Source of the DNA: Tubiluchus corallicola
Taxonomy: Eukaryota; Animalia; Priapulida
Length of the DNA: 64,000 bases
NCBI GenBank assembly: GCA_030141605.1
Contig: JAQGDQ010000834.1
Span: 1-64,000, forward strand
Reading direction: 5' to 3'
A model generated the notes under the pieces. That model was not told where the DNA came from, made no database searches, and saw only the letters and a list, made by a program, of their open reading frames with translations. Below are positions 1 through 13,133 of this stretch, in pieces; within the stretch, counting starts at the first letter, position 1; each line of letters begins with the position of its first letter. A program made the position numbers and the translations under genes.

Positions 1-1728
1 TTGAAATTTCTTACTTGATCTTAAGACTGCTTAGAACAACAATTTTCTGACTGTCACCCATCTATTAGTCAAATAGGTCCAAAGATCACTGACTATGAAC
101 ATTGATTCGTTATATCTGCTACGATCCATATTATTAGGCTTTGGAACTCACCGGATTTGTAATTCTTTTTCCATAGCTTTTGTAAACCCTATAATGTCAT
201 GCTACGTTTATTGGTTTGCTGATAAATTGATATCTAGTAGGTTTATTCAAGCAGCTAGATAATTTATTATATATACTCTATAATCTAAACATCTTATACA
301 TGTCCGTCATGGTTTCATTATGTTCTTGTATAATTGCAACCTCTTTTTTGCGTTTGTGTTTGATGTGTGTGGCAGTGAATAAGCGAACGAGTAACTAAAT
401 AAATAATTGTGTTAAAATAGGCTCATACACATCTTCGTGAATAGTTTTTTTTTCCTTTCATTTTAGGCGAAGCTAACGAGGTTCGATGTGTAGTGCATGG
501 ACGGCCAAAGAAACGAAAATTTTGGCTTGATGATCGTTTAATATACAAGTACATGTTCCACGATCTGAAGACTGAAAAGTATATGTATGTTTCATTTAAA
601 ATTTTTCTCATATTGTGATGCCGTCTATGATAGCAAGGATTCATAATTAACTAAAGAAAATTATGAAAAAAAGAAAAGAAAGAAAAACAATAAAATGAAA
701 CACTTAGCAACAGTTTATAACTGACACTTACGCGTTGAGTCGAAATGCAAACCAAGGGATTAAACCAAAAATTACTGAATCACGACTGACTTAATAACAG
801 CAACCAAGAAGAGAAAACAAAATGAAACCCGAAGCCGAACATGGCCGAGAACTCACTGCCCTCGAATCTACGAGAACAGGTTACATGCACGAGAAAATTG
901 GCCTAAAAAACTGAGCTCTGATTGGCCCACGCAATTTTACATTCAATACACTGCATTTTCACGAAGCCCGTGACGGTTTAATCCTGCGACCCGAAACAAT
1001 ATTAATTTGTTACACAGCATAATATTAACAACTGTTTGTTCTGCGCTTTTCAGCAGGTTTGATAGCTATTCTTCTGTTATTGTTGAACGTCTCCTAAACC
1101 TTCTTGTATTCTTTCTACATAGCTAAACTGTTTAAAATGGTGAGTCGAAATGGTTCAGACGTTTTCAATCTCAATCTCGCCACAGAGATGCCTCAGGTTG
1201 TAAATGCAGCGGCTGATCTATGAATTAAACGCACCACTAAACAAATAGAGATAACCGAATAATTATGACTGAAACCGGACAGTATTGGATGAATAGCAGT
1301 TCCTCAGAACACATGCACTCGGTTTTATGGTGTACTACGTTATTTGTGAAAAATAATCACAGCATTCGTACCACACTCTTCGTTAACCAAGGAAAAGTTT
1401 AAATTAGTTTATATTGCCAAAAAAATTAACAACGTGTTTTTTGTGAATCAGTGGTGCACTCTGGGATGGCGATGCAATGCCGTTTTACCAGGTGGCGCGA
1501 ATATTTAAAATTATTAAGAATTTTTTTTAATCACATAGATGTTTAAAACAGGTAAGCGTAATGCAAAGTAGGATAATATAAGGTTGTGTAAGAAATTCTT
1601 TGACGTACTTTAAAATAGCTTTTTCTTCCCCTTTATCTGAACATTATGTGGTTTGCACACTTCTTAGTTTATCATTTTATGACATCTCGAAACAATTTTC
1701 AATTGGATATTTTTGTTTTTTTTTGTAG

Positions 1729-1791
1729 TTATGCAGATGCTGAATGCAATGGTGGCGGTGGTGCTGAAATTGCTAATGACTGTGATTATGA
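1729..1791 (+). CDS. Putative 63-nt coding exon (phase 2-2; YADAECNGGGGAEIANDCDY), possibly GPCR N-terminus
   Basis: Poly-T acceptor ttttttttgtag ending 1728, donor gtaagt at 1792, open symmetric frame, GC-richer than flanks. Confidence 0.45.
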
Positions 1792-2600
1792 GTAAGTATA
1801 AAAAAAATGTATTTTGCAGCATTGTACTGTGTGAAAAACACACCACGCGCAGGTGCAGCGGGCTTAATCAACGCAGGCCACAGGACATGTTTGTAACTGT
1901 CTAACAGTATTTAAGTAAGCTTACCGTATAGAGTATACGGACTCTAAACCTAAGATGCTGGTTGTTGGTTCCTTGTCTGCTGACCCTATTCTTTTTTTGA
2001 GGTGACTCTTTGTCCGATATTCTTTGGGCGGATTGTCTCTTTACGAGGATATATATATATATATAATAATCTTTATTTGCCATTAAAAACATTGATAATC
2101 ACTGATAAAAACTTTACAGAGATAATCAATCAGTGTTAGTTAATAAAAACTTACACTGCTGAAGGCAAATGCGTCAGTGCAATCTAAACTACTGTGCAGT
2201 AATGACGAATAAAATCAAACATATTTACAACCATATACAAAAAAAACCAAAAAACTATGATTTAATTAATATGGCCTCCATCCAACAACCTACTTCATAT
2301 GGTTCGTAAAATACCAAACTAAAGCTCGCATGCAAAATCATTGTAAATTGCAGTATTGTTTATTAGGTAATATGTGCACTTTAAAACTGCAAGACTTAAA
2401 TAACGTAGATTGAAGCGACTTCATACAAAATGGAAATATATCTTTAAATTACCCATCTTTAGTATAATCCTAACTTTGTCATCTAGAAGACATTGATAGC
2501 TTAACAAAATATCATCTTTGGTTTATCATTTTCTTGGTCATATCATTCATCTTGGTTTGACGGAAACATTTTAACTTTTCGGTATTTTGTTTCTCTGCAG

Positions 2601-2681
2601 TGACGTATGCAGCTGTGAGAGCTGCCAGAGCGACGACGGTGATGACGATGATGACGTTGACGACGAAGAGATTGATTATGT
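2601..2681 (+). CDS. Putative 81-nt coding exon (phase 2-2; DVCSCESCQSDDGDDDDDVDDEEIDY), possibly GPCR N-terminus
   Basis: Acceptor ttttgtttctctgcag ending 2600, donor gtaagt at 2682; in phase with 1729-1791. Confidence 0.5.
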
Positions 2682-2815
2682 GTAAGTTTAAATAATAATT
2701 TTAGTACACATCAAAAGACACAAAGACACTATATACATGAAAGCACGCACGCAAGCATATACACACGCACACGCACGCGCACTGTCTGCAGATCTAACGA
2801 ATGCATATATATATG

Positions 2816-3541
<726 letters not shown>

Positions 3542-4295
3542 TGGATATAGATAAATATACAATGCAGATAAATTTAATGAAGTTAGTGAACGGCTGACAT
3601 AGGTATCGGGTGTGGTGTCTGTCTAAAAGTGCAACTTTTCGTTCTTTTTATATGACAGTTTTCTTGTTTATTTCAAACAGCAAACTTTTTATCAGCACCC
3701 TTGACGAAAATGAGAGGTTTTCGATCATCCATGAATCTTTTTTGCAATCCAATTAACTATCCTGCAAACCTCTTGACCAGATACTGACCATTCCCGATCA
3801 AATTATTTTACGTTGCTTTTTAGGATTGAAATGTTTGGTGCGGTTTGCTTCATAAATCCAGTATTTACATATAGTTTAATTAAAAATTTAAATACTACAC
3901 TTATTGAGAAGACCAAAGTAGAGTTGAAACCGTTTACTGATTTTATTGCAAAATTGGAAATAAAACTTACAATTCAAATTTTTGTAACAAATTAGTTGTG
4001 TTTTTTAAACTCTGTAACCTTTTAAACTCGTATCTTTTGAATTCATTTTGTGTTTTCAACAATGTACCAAAAATTAAATGCATTATGAGACAGGACTTCG
4101 CAACATCTTGATGAGCATTATAAAATTTTCAGCTAGCTCAATGAAAGGGCGCAAAAAGTCCGTTATAGATGCTAGATAAGAGAGGTCAATTTTTTATTTT
4201 TCTTCAAAAGGTCAAGGTAAAAAATGTTTTTGTATTGGGTCACGTAATAATTATGAAAATCGGGACATAATGTTGTGTTTCAAATTGTGTTACAG

Positions 4296-4362
4296 ACTGT
4301 CCACACTGTCAAAATGGAGGCCAGTGTTCAAACAGAAGACACGCCTGTTCTTCGAAAACGAA
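4296..4362 (+). CDS. Possible 67-nt exon of ambiguous frame
   Basis: Acceptor tgtgttacag, weak donor gtgaat. One frame reads LSTLSKWRPVFKQKTRLFFENE (bridges phase 2 to phase 0); another reads CPHCQNGGQCSNRRHAC. Confidence 0.3.
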
Positions 4363-5584
4363 GTGAATGGAATTTGATGTTTTTTGTTATATTTTTGCCT
4401 TATATGTTTATATGTTATATGTTATATGTTATATGTTATATGTTATATGTTTATTCAAATAACAATGATCTTACTACTACCAGTTAATGAAGTCAAGTAT
4501 TTGCCCACAGACCACACTTTTTATACGATGGATAGTATCAAAAACTTTAATTTCGTTTTAATTTTAATAGACAGAAAAAAATGAAAGTTAATTTAATTAA
4601 ATGAAAACACTGAATGTCACCATTTGGTAACAGCTGCTGTAATTAAACGAACTTTGTATTCTGTTTGTAAAACATACAGAACTCTTACATTTTAGCGTTT
4701 TGATTATAATTGCATTTGTCTGTCTTTCTGTTCTGCAGTACTTAATCATGAACATAAAAAATATTCATTACCAAACAACTCAACAATCATGTAAAATGTG
4801 GCCACCACAATAATAACAACAAATTTATTCACTTTTACTGCACAACCAAAACTATTAAGTTTAATACAAACACTGTAAGAGAAAAAAAATCATGATTTTC
4901 ACGAGATTTTAGCAATTTACAAGATTTTAATGTACAAGTGTTTAAGACCACTGCTAGCAAGCAAATAACCAAGTACATGGTCAGAATTTTACTTTATAGC
5001 ATAAAACTGTACAGCTGTGCAAAACCAGAATAATACAGGCTAATATGAGGCAGTAAAACCAATAACAAGGTTAACATTAAGTTGAATGAGAAGTTATTGT
5101 AATTCACAAAATTCGGTAAGTTTCAGAAACTTTTCGACAAATAGAAATGAATTATGGAATTATACGTTTCCATTATTTACTCAAATAAATTGAATTGAAT
5201 ACGCGATGTTCGGAAATGACTTATGGATTTAAGAAATCAGAAGAATAAATTTTTTAAAGTTGGTAGACAAAATTTAACAAGACATAACGATTATTACATG
5301 TCTTACGTTGCAACATCGCCACAGTCATATTGGCTTTGTTAATATTATAATAATTTCAAACATCGTTAAACAATAATTTGAGCATTTTTTCATTTCTGGA
5401 GACACGAATCTTTTATTAAAAAAAGAAATAATAAAGTTTTAAAAAATAAAATGGCTTAAAAATGACGTTCACAAAGATCTTGGAAGGGTTGTCACTGGCC
5501 GATGAAATGCGTGCAAGTTTAATGGCTTTTTAAACCTGGAAATGCTGATTATAGACGAGTGAAGTGTCAGCAATTGAGGACACT

Positions 5585-7091
5585 GTTCATAGGTCGACTG
5601 GAGAAGGTGGATCGGGACTAGATAATCGTTCATAAGTCGACTGGAGAAGGTGGATCGGGACTAGATAATCGTTCATAAGTCGACTGGAGAAGGCGGATCG
5701 GGACTAGATAATCGTTCATAAGTCGACTGGAGAAGGTGGATCGGGACTAGATAATCGTTCATAAGTCGACTGGAGAAGGTGGATCGGGACTAGATAATCG
5801 TTCATAAGTCGACTGGAGAAGGTGGATCGGGACTAGATAATCGTTCATAAGTCGACTGCAGAAAGTGGATCGGGACTAGATAATCGTTCATAGGTTGACT
5901 GGAGAAGGTGGATCGGGACTAGATAATCGTTCATAAGTCGACTGGAGAAGGTGGATCGGGACTAGATAATCGTTCATAAGTCGACTGGAGAAGGTGGATC
6001 GGGACTAGATAATCGTTCATAAGTCGACTGGAGAAGGTGGATCGGGACTAGGTAATCGTTCATAAGTCGACTGGAGAAGGTGGATCGGGACTAGATAATC
6101 GTTCATAAGTCGACTGGAGAAGGTGGATCGGGACTAGATAATCGTTCATAAGTCGACTGGAGAAGGTGGATTTGGACTAGATAGTCGTTCATAAGTCGAC
6201 TGGAGAAGGTGGATCGGGACTAGATAATCGTTCATAAGTCGACTGGAGAAGGTGGATCGGGACTAGATAATCGTTCATAAGACGACTGGAGAAGGTGGAT
6301 CGGGACAAGATAATCGTTCATAAGTCGACTGGAGAAGGTGGATCGGGACTAGATAATCGTTCATAGGTCGACTGGAGAAGGTGGATCGGGACTAGATCGT
6401 CGTGCATAAGTCGACTGGAGAAGGTGGATCGGGACAAGATAATCGTTCATAAGTCGACTGGAGAAGGTGGATCGGGACTAGATAATCGTTCATAGGTCGA
6501 CTGGAGAAGGTGGATCGGGACTAGATAATCGTTCATAAGTCGACTGGAGAAGGTGGATCGGGACTAGATAATCGTTCATAAGTCGACTGGAGAAGGTGGA
6601 TCGGGACTAGATAATCGTTCATAAGTCGACTGGAGAAGGTGGATCGGGACTAGATAATCGTTCATAAGTCGACTGGAGAAAGTGGATCGGGACTAGATAA
6701 TCGTTCATAAGACGACTGGAGAAGGTGGATCGGGACTAGATAATCGTTCATAAGTCGACTGGAGAAGGTGGATCGGGACTAGATAATCGTTCATAAGTGG
6801 ATTGGAGAAGGTGGATCGGGACTAGATAATCGTTCATAAGTCGACTGGAGAAGGCGGATCGGGACTAGATAGTCGTTCATAAGTCGATTGGAGAAGGTGG
6901 ATCGGGACTAGATAATCGTTCATAGGTCGACTGGAGGTGGATCGGGACTAGATAATCGTTCATAAGTCGATTGGAGAAGGTGGATCGGGACTAGATAATC
7001 GTTCATAAGTCGACTGGAGAAGGTGGATCGGGACTAGATAATCGTTCATAAGTCGACTGGAGAAGGTGGATCGGGACTAGATAATCGTTCA
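5585..7091. repeat. 43-bp minisatellite, about 35 copies (gttcataagtcgactggagaaggtggatcgggactagataatc)
   Basis: Head-to-tail near-identical units, period 43 (5671 to 5714), no unique spacers. Confidence 0.97.
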
Positions 7092-7134
7092 CAGCTTCAC
7101 AGCTTTACAACATTAATATTACGTACTATTTCAG

Positions 7135-8136
7135 AATAATAAGTGGAGCGGTTGTTTTTGTACTTTCCAGGTAATCCTGTCCAGTGTGATTATTCTACTA
7201 AATGCAACTGTTATTATTGCAGTTCTCAGACAACGACATTCTGTATTTCGCCAAGTAAAATACTTGTTCGTTTTAGTTCTCGCTGCGTCAGATTTGATGG
7301 TTGGAATTCTGTACATAATGTATGTAATGATTCGTACAATAAAGATCTTTTTACACATCCCGGAGTTATGCACCACTTACTTTGGACTGATGTTCGCCAC
7401 TGGACAAGCGTCTAACATCACACTGCTAGCTACAGCCATTGGCCAGTACATTGCCGTTGTCCATCCGTATCAGTATGAGAAGACAGTTACCACATACAGA
7501 ACAAAAGTTGCCATCTTGATTTACGTCACTGTTTCACTAATCTACTCTCTGTTAGTTGTTGTCGTCAATGACGCTGATTTTAGTGAAGGATGTCGCTTCA
7601 TAAAAGTGTATCCGGTAGAACTGTTAATATCAATGAATTTTACATTACTTTACATACCGTTCATATTGATGGTTATTATGTACACGAGAACATTTTTTGT
7701 AGCAAGACGTCACATTCGTTCCATTAGAGTGCAGATGAACATTACCGACCTCAAGCCAATAAGCACAAGGAAGCTGAAGAAAGAAATCAAAATTGCAACA
7801 ACGTTTTCTGTCATTGCCGCCATCTTTTTCTTCAGCCACGTCTTTTTCTTCACGCAGACAACAATTTACAAGTTCAGGGGAATACTGATATTTAGAAATG
7901 GATACGTGGGTCCACTTGTGATTTTGCAAACTCTTTGTGACCCAGTGGTTTATGCGTTGCGTCATCAGCAGTTTCGTCGGGCATTGGTCAGTGTGTACAG
8001 ATGCAAAAGTGTGGCTCTCTTGGACAACGAGGTGTCCAACTCTGTTGATACAACAACTATTCCAAACGTGAGCACTTACCGAACTCAACAGATGTTTAGA
8101 ATTTCCCACGCGGGACTTTCCACCTTGCATAGTTAA
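7135..8136 (+). CDS. Class A (rhodopsin-family) GPCR, main exon with all 7 TM helices; orphan/divergent
   Basis: Seven hydrophobic segments; TM1 Asn (ILLNATV), TM2 LAASD, TM3 Cys (ELC) and GQYIAV at the DRY position, ECL2 Cys, TM5 ...MYTRTFFVARRH, TM7 DPVVY, helix 8 FRRAL. No ATG upstream in frame (stop at 7114); phase-0 acceptors at 7134 (tttcag) and 7170 (ttccag). Confidence 0.9.
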   Translation, partial: NNKWSGCFCTFQVILSSVIILLNATVIIAVLRQRHSVFRQVKYLFVLVLAASDLMVGILYIMYVMIRTIKIFLHIPELCTTYFGLMFATGQASNITLLATAIGQYIAVVHPYQYEKTVTTYRTKVAILIYVTVSLIYSLLVVVVNDADFSEGCRFIKVYPVELLISMNFTLLYIPFILMVIMYTRTFFVARRHIRSIRVQMNITDLKPISTRKLKKEIKIATTFSVIAAIFFFSHVFFFTQTTIYKFRGILIFRNGYVGPLVILQTLCDPVVYALRHQQFRRALVSVYRCKSVALLDNEVSNSVDTTTIPNVSTYRTQQMFRISHAGLSTLHS

Positions 8137-8429
8137 ACATAGCAAAAAATAAATGAAAATGTTTCTTAGAAAATACAACTTTCGTGACGGGGGAAACCGA
8201 GTAACAATGAAGAGCATTGTTAGCCATTGTTTTATGTGATATGAGGTATAAAACAATGCTGCTTCGTGCGCTGCTTTTCATAAGCTTTTTGGGTGGTATG
8301 AAAATATTCAGCGAAGGCAGGCAAGTTTGGTACAGGTAAGATTGGTACGAGACCTCGCTAGCTCGCCAGTTCGGGAAGCATTCCTGAACTTCCACGTATC
8401 AGGCTTGTCCCATGGAGTAATAAATCATA

Positions 8430-8777
8430 ATTCAGTTTTGCTGCCCCCCAAATTGTGGAATTCTCTGCTCCTGGAATTACGTCTGATCAAGTCGATTGAT
8501 AACTTTAAAAAAGTCTGGAAACTTGCAATTTTAATGAAGCCTTCTGTGGTTGAGCTAATCTTGCGTTTTCTACGATTGACATCGCTGTTGTTATTTTACT
8601 AAATTTTCTGTGCTTTTATAATTTTTCTTTTTTGTCATACTCAAAGTACTTTTAATCAATGTGTCATTGTCTTAAATATCTTATGAATTAATTTTTTTAG
8701 TAATTTTGATGATCTTTTATTTGTAAGATGCATTTGATCATCAAGCATTAAAATTATTCAATAAATTACTATTATTA
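8430..8777 (+). mobile_element. Degraded 3' end of L2/CR1-type LINE
   Basis: Reads PKLWNSLLLELRLIKSIDNFKK, resembling the WNSLP...FK C-terminus of LINE ORF2, then T-rich UTR, AATAAA and short repeat tail. Confidence 0.5.
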
Positions 8778-8778
8778 C

Positions 8779-8889
8779 TCTACAGCCATATCACGTTGAA
8801 AACACTAGTTCTCGTCTGATCACTGAAGTTAAGCAACGTAGAGCCTGGTCAGTACTTGGATGGGTGACAGCCTAGAAATACAAGATGCC
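8779..8889 (+). pseudogene. 5S rRNA-derived sequence (pseudogene or SINE3 head)
   Basis: tacagccatatcacgttgaaaacactagttctcgtctgatcactgaagttaagcaacg...agtacttggatgggtgacagcc matches metazoan 5S rRNA including box A and box C; many CpG sites mutated; 3' end replaced by unrelated sequence. Confidence 0.85.
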
Positions 8890-9580
8890 CACACTGTATC
8901 TCGACACTAGGTGGAGGAGCTGCACAAGCAGCCAACGGCTAGAGGGCGGAGGAGGTCAAGGGACCCAACGGTGTTTTTTAATATAAGTGTTTTGTATAAT
9001 GTATCTCCTTTTTCTTTAAATATGTATTTGTTCATATATGTTATTATATTATGTTTTTATAGTGTATAGTGTATATTAGTTTTATAGTTTTATACAGTTT
9101 TTACAGTTTTATAGTGTATAGTATATTTATTTATAGATATATTATTTATTTATTTATGTATGTATGTATGTATGTATGTATTATTATATGAATGTACTAA
9201 CATTTACTTGCCATCTGTTGATTATGTGTGAATATTTATTAATACGATTTAGTGTCTTTTTATGTAGTTAATTATCGGTGACCTTTATAAGTCATTAGGA
9301 TTCTTGGTCACCTAAATTATTAAAATTAATGTTAATTCTGTCATTTTAATAGCATTAATAGGATTTAATAGAATTAATGTAGTTAATTATTTTGTACAGG
9401 TAATTTGCTAAAAATCTTTGTTTTTTGTATAATTATGTTCTAATTGTTTTAATAATTTAAATAAATTTATTGAATTGACTTGATTTGATCTGAATGTGAG
9501 CATATCATCTCGAGAGTCGCACAAAGGTAGTATTCGCTACATCATTACCGTAGTAGTGCCTCCGTGCTCGAACTTATTAA

Positions 9581-10182
9581 AGTGAGACAGGATGATTTTT
9601 CATATACTACCCCATTTTCAAATCCGATAAAAAGTATACATTTTAACACAGTTAATATTGCAAAAGCGTTTTTGGTAATTAAATAATAGATTAAAAACTT
9701 ATTTAACGGCGGGCGAGCCGAGCTATTGATGACGTCCCAAACGAACATAATTTTCAACAGCAAAACTATTCCACTGGCGTGTTGCATGTGTTTGTGGAGC
9801 GAAAATTGAAGTACAGTGCAACTGTATGATATTCAGGGTGTTGTACTAAAACTAGGCAAGTTTTAAGATAAACATTCAAATTTAGCGCTGTGCTCACGCA
9901 TGAGCTGTCGAACGTGCGTAGTTCGTCACAAACTAACACATCTGAACTGAGAGGTACAGCACCTGTTTTTGTGCAATGCGTTTCCAAAATGCAGGCATCT
10001 AACTAGCGAATGGCGAAATGCATGTGACAGGAAAGAACTAGTGGGGCGAACGTGAAATTGTGTTTGTTTGGTAATAATTCTTTCACGTAAGGCATTTTTG
10101 AAACGAAATAGTATGTTTCTTTTCAATAATTTAAAGAGTAGACTGTTTTGACCTACAGTTTAAGATTGGATACGGGTTTGCT
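9581..10182 (+). mobile_element. About 600-bp non-autonomous DNA transposon, Kolobok/T2-like, copy 1
   Basis: Collinear with 49976-50581, 58659-59280 and 61335-61921; TTAA on left, TTGA on right; AG...CT termini. Confidence 0.8.
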
Positions 10183-10924
10183 TTGAAGACTGTGAGGTGT
10201 AAACCGGGACTATTTTGGAACATGGTGTCCCCTGTGCGGGCGGGTGCTTTCAATTCTGAGCAAAATTCGTGAATTAAAAGTATACAAATCAGGGCACTGG
10301 AAATTACATTGGGGCGTAATTTTTATCAACTCAATATAGAATCTTATACAGAATCATCATCATCATCATCATCATCAAACACAATAAATATAAAACATAG
10401 TAATGCTAAGCCCCCTGATCTAGCCTGCTCTCCTTCGGCTCCCAGACTCATCCGCTCGGCTGGGTGCATCACAAGGCTTATCTCTCGTGCGCCGAGCTTC
10501 GGTTCTGAATCACTTGCTCACGTGTAACTACACCTTAACTGGGCTTCGTGCCAGCATTCATCAACATAACTATAATAATCTAACACTTTTAACATAGTTT
10601 AACAGGCCCTCTTTTACTAATGTAGAATTCCACCATTGTTAAACTTTTGCTTTGAATTACATGCTTCGTAATTTTATTTACGAATTTATTGCGTGTTCTT
10701 AGTTTATTTACTTGAAAAAGATGCATGTTTAATATGAAAATAACAGCTAGTACCCAGCTAAGCGAAGACATGGCTTTTATTCAGACCCGCAAACCCAATC
10801 AGTTTCTCAAAAAATGTGCATTTTAGTCGTTTCTGGCAGCGCTACACACAAAAGCATTTTTTATGTTTTCCATGCGAAGCACTAGATGAATTTCTGATAC
10901 GTTAGGTATGATAGACTGCATACT

Positions 10925-11772
10925 GTACTTCGTCTCTAGTGTTGCAACGAGCTGTGTACTGTACTTCGTCTGTAGTGTTGCAACGAGCTGTGTACTGTAC
11001 TGCGTCATGTAGTGTTGCAATGAGCTGTGTACTGTACTGCGTCATGTAGTGCTGCAACGAGCTGTGTACTGTACTGCGTCATGTAGTGTTGCAACGAGCT
11101 GTGTACTGTACTGCGTCATGTAGTGTTGCAACGAGCTGTGTACTGTACTGCGTCATGTGGTGCTGCAACGAGCTGTGCACTGTACTGCGTCATGTAGTGT
11201 TGCAACGAGCTGTGTACTGTACTGCGTCATGTAGTGTTGCAATGAGCTGTGTACTGTACTGCGTCATGTAGTGTTGCAACGAGCTGTGTACTGTACTGCG
11301 TCATGTAGTGTTGCAACGAGACTGCGTCATGTAGTATTGGAACGAGCTGTGTACTGTACTGCGTCATGTAGTGTTGCAACGAGCTGTGTACTGTACTGCG
11401 TCATGTAGTGTTGCAACGAGCTGTGTACTGTACTGCGTCATGTAGTGTTGCAACGAACTGTGTACTGTACTGCGTCATGTAGTGTTGCATCGAGACTGCG
11501 TCATGTAGTGTTGCAATGAGCTGTGTACTGTACTGCGTCATGTAGTGTTGCAACGAACTGTGTACTGTACTGCGTCATGTAGTGTTGCAACGAGACTGCG
11601 TCATGTAGTATTGCAATGAGCTGTGTACTGTACTGCGTCATGTAGTGTTGCAATGAGCTGTGTACTGTACTGCGTCATGTAGTGTTGCAACGAGACTGCG
11701 TCATGTAGTATTGCAACCAGCTGTGTACTGTACTGCGTCATGTAGTGTTGCAACGAGCTGTGTACTGTACTG
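10925..11772. repeat. 37-bp minisatellite (tgtagtgttgcaacgagctgtgtactgtactgcgtca) with recurring 26-bp deletion variant
   Basis: Period 37 (10971 to 11008), more than 20 copies. Confidence 0.95.
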
Positions 11773-12957
11773 AATTTTTTTATTACTACCAATTTATATT
11801 GATTTTTAATAAAATAAATATTTCAAGACGTAAGATCATGAATTGTTGTAATTTAGAAACGAAAATAGAGTCTTAAATAATTCAAAATACTGAAATTATA
11901 AGTAGAATATTTACACTGTTGATAGAGAAAAGAGAAATCATGGAATAGTCTGTTTATACATGTTCAGTATAAAAGCAACAATTAAGTGCAAGTCTCCCAT
12001 CAAATTGCGGGGTTCTGTGTCACTGTGTGTTTCAGTTGTTCAAACACAATGCAGGCAATGTAATATTTTATTCTCGCTTAAGAATAGTTCTAAAACGTGT
12101 CTGTTTGGTTGTATATCAGAGATTTAAAGTACAAGAAAACCCTCCACTTGCATGAAGCTTGAAAATTCGTCTTGAAATTTTATACCACTCACATACATTC
12201 TTTTTGCATGCAGGGCTTGCGTCAGTTCTAACTACAGTAGATAGGGTCTAACTATATATATAAACTGGTTGTTTATTTGTATATTGTACTGCTGATGATG
12301 ACAGCAGATTGCTGTCGGAACATCTGATCATGTTTTTAAACACTTTTAAATTAAATTTTCGTAGTAAAAGTTTTCTTGCTTTAAGAAAAAAATGATACAA
12401 AAAAGCAAAGAAAAAATGACACAATACCTATAAACAGGGGCGTATCAAGACTTCACGACACCCTAGGCTGGTAGGTCTATACCGCCCATCTGTATTGTTA
12501 ATTTACGACTGGTTTATGTAGTTAACAGATTAAACAATTACTTGTGATGTATTAATAATACTAGTCTCTACATGGTCATTGTTAATTACGTGTATATGTA
12601 TATTTTTGGTGTCAAAAATACATACATTGTAAGAAGAAAACAAAACATACATGTAATTTTAATTTTGAAATATAATGACACTACAGACAAACAAAACAAT
12701 TACTAATAAAACAAATACTATTAAAATTTTCCCGTTGGCTATTTCATAGCTGTTATATTAACTGTGCTCATATACAAGCAGATTGGACAACTGTTTGTTG
12801 TGTACTACCTTATATTTGTTCCTTATATAGAAACTATCCTCAGTAACTGCCTGTGGTGTATTATACAAAGCTTGTTTTACATGAAAATGAATGAATACTC
12901 ACTTTCCGAGAAAAAGAATTTTTTTAAATTGGGCACCTAAAATGTGGCGCCCTAGGC

Positions 12958-13036
12958 TATAGCCTAGTTGGTTAATATGTGCCAATTCGATGCCAATTTC
13001 TAAAATTTTGATTTTGCAAAAAAGGACTCGTCCCTT

Positions 13037-13133
<97 letters not shown>

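Noticed and set aside
5585-7091. CRISPR-like appearance of regular 27-63 bp repeats (also 10925, 17468, 23643, 36629, 40766, 41520)
   Set aside because: Units are head-to-tail with no unique spacers, there are no cas genes, and the context is eukaryotic; these are minisatellites.
7645-8256. 203-aa minus-strand ORF
   Set aside because: Antisense shadow of the GPCR exon with no recognisable features.
8779-8889. Functional 5S rRNA gene
   Set aside because: Multiple stem-disrupting substitutions, missing 3' end and terminator, not in a tandem array.
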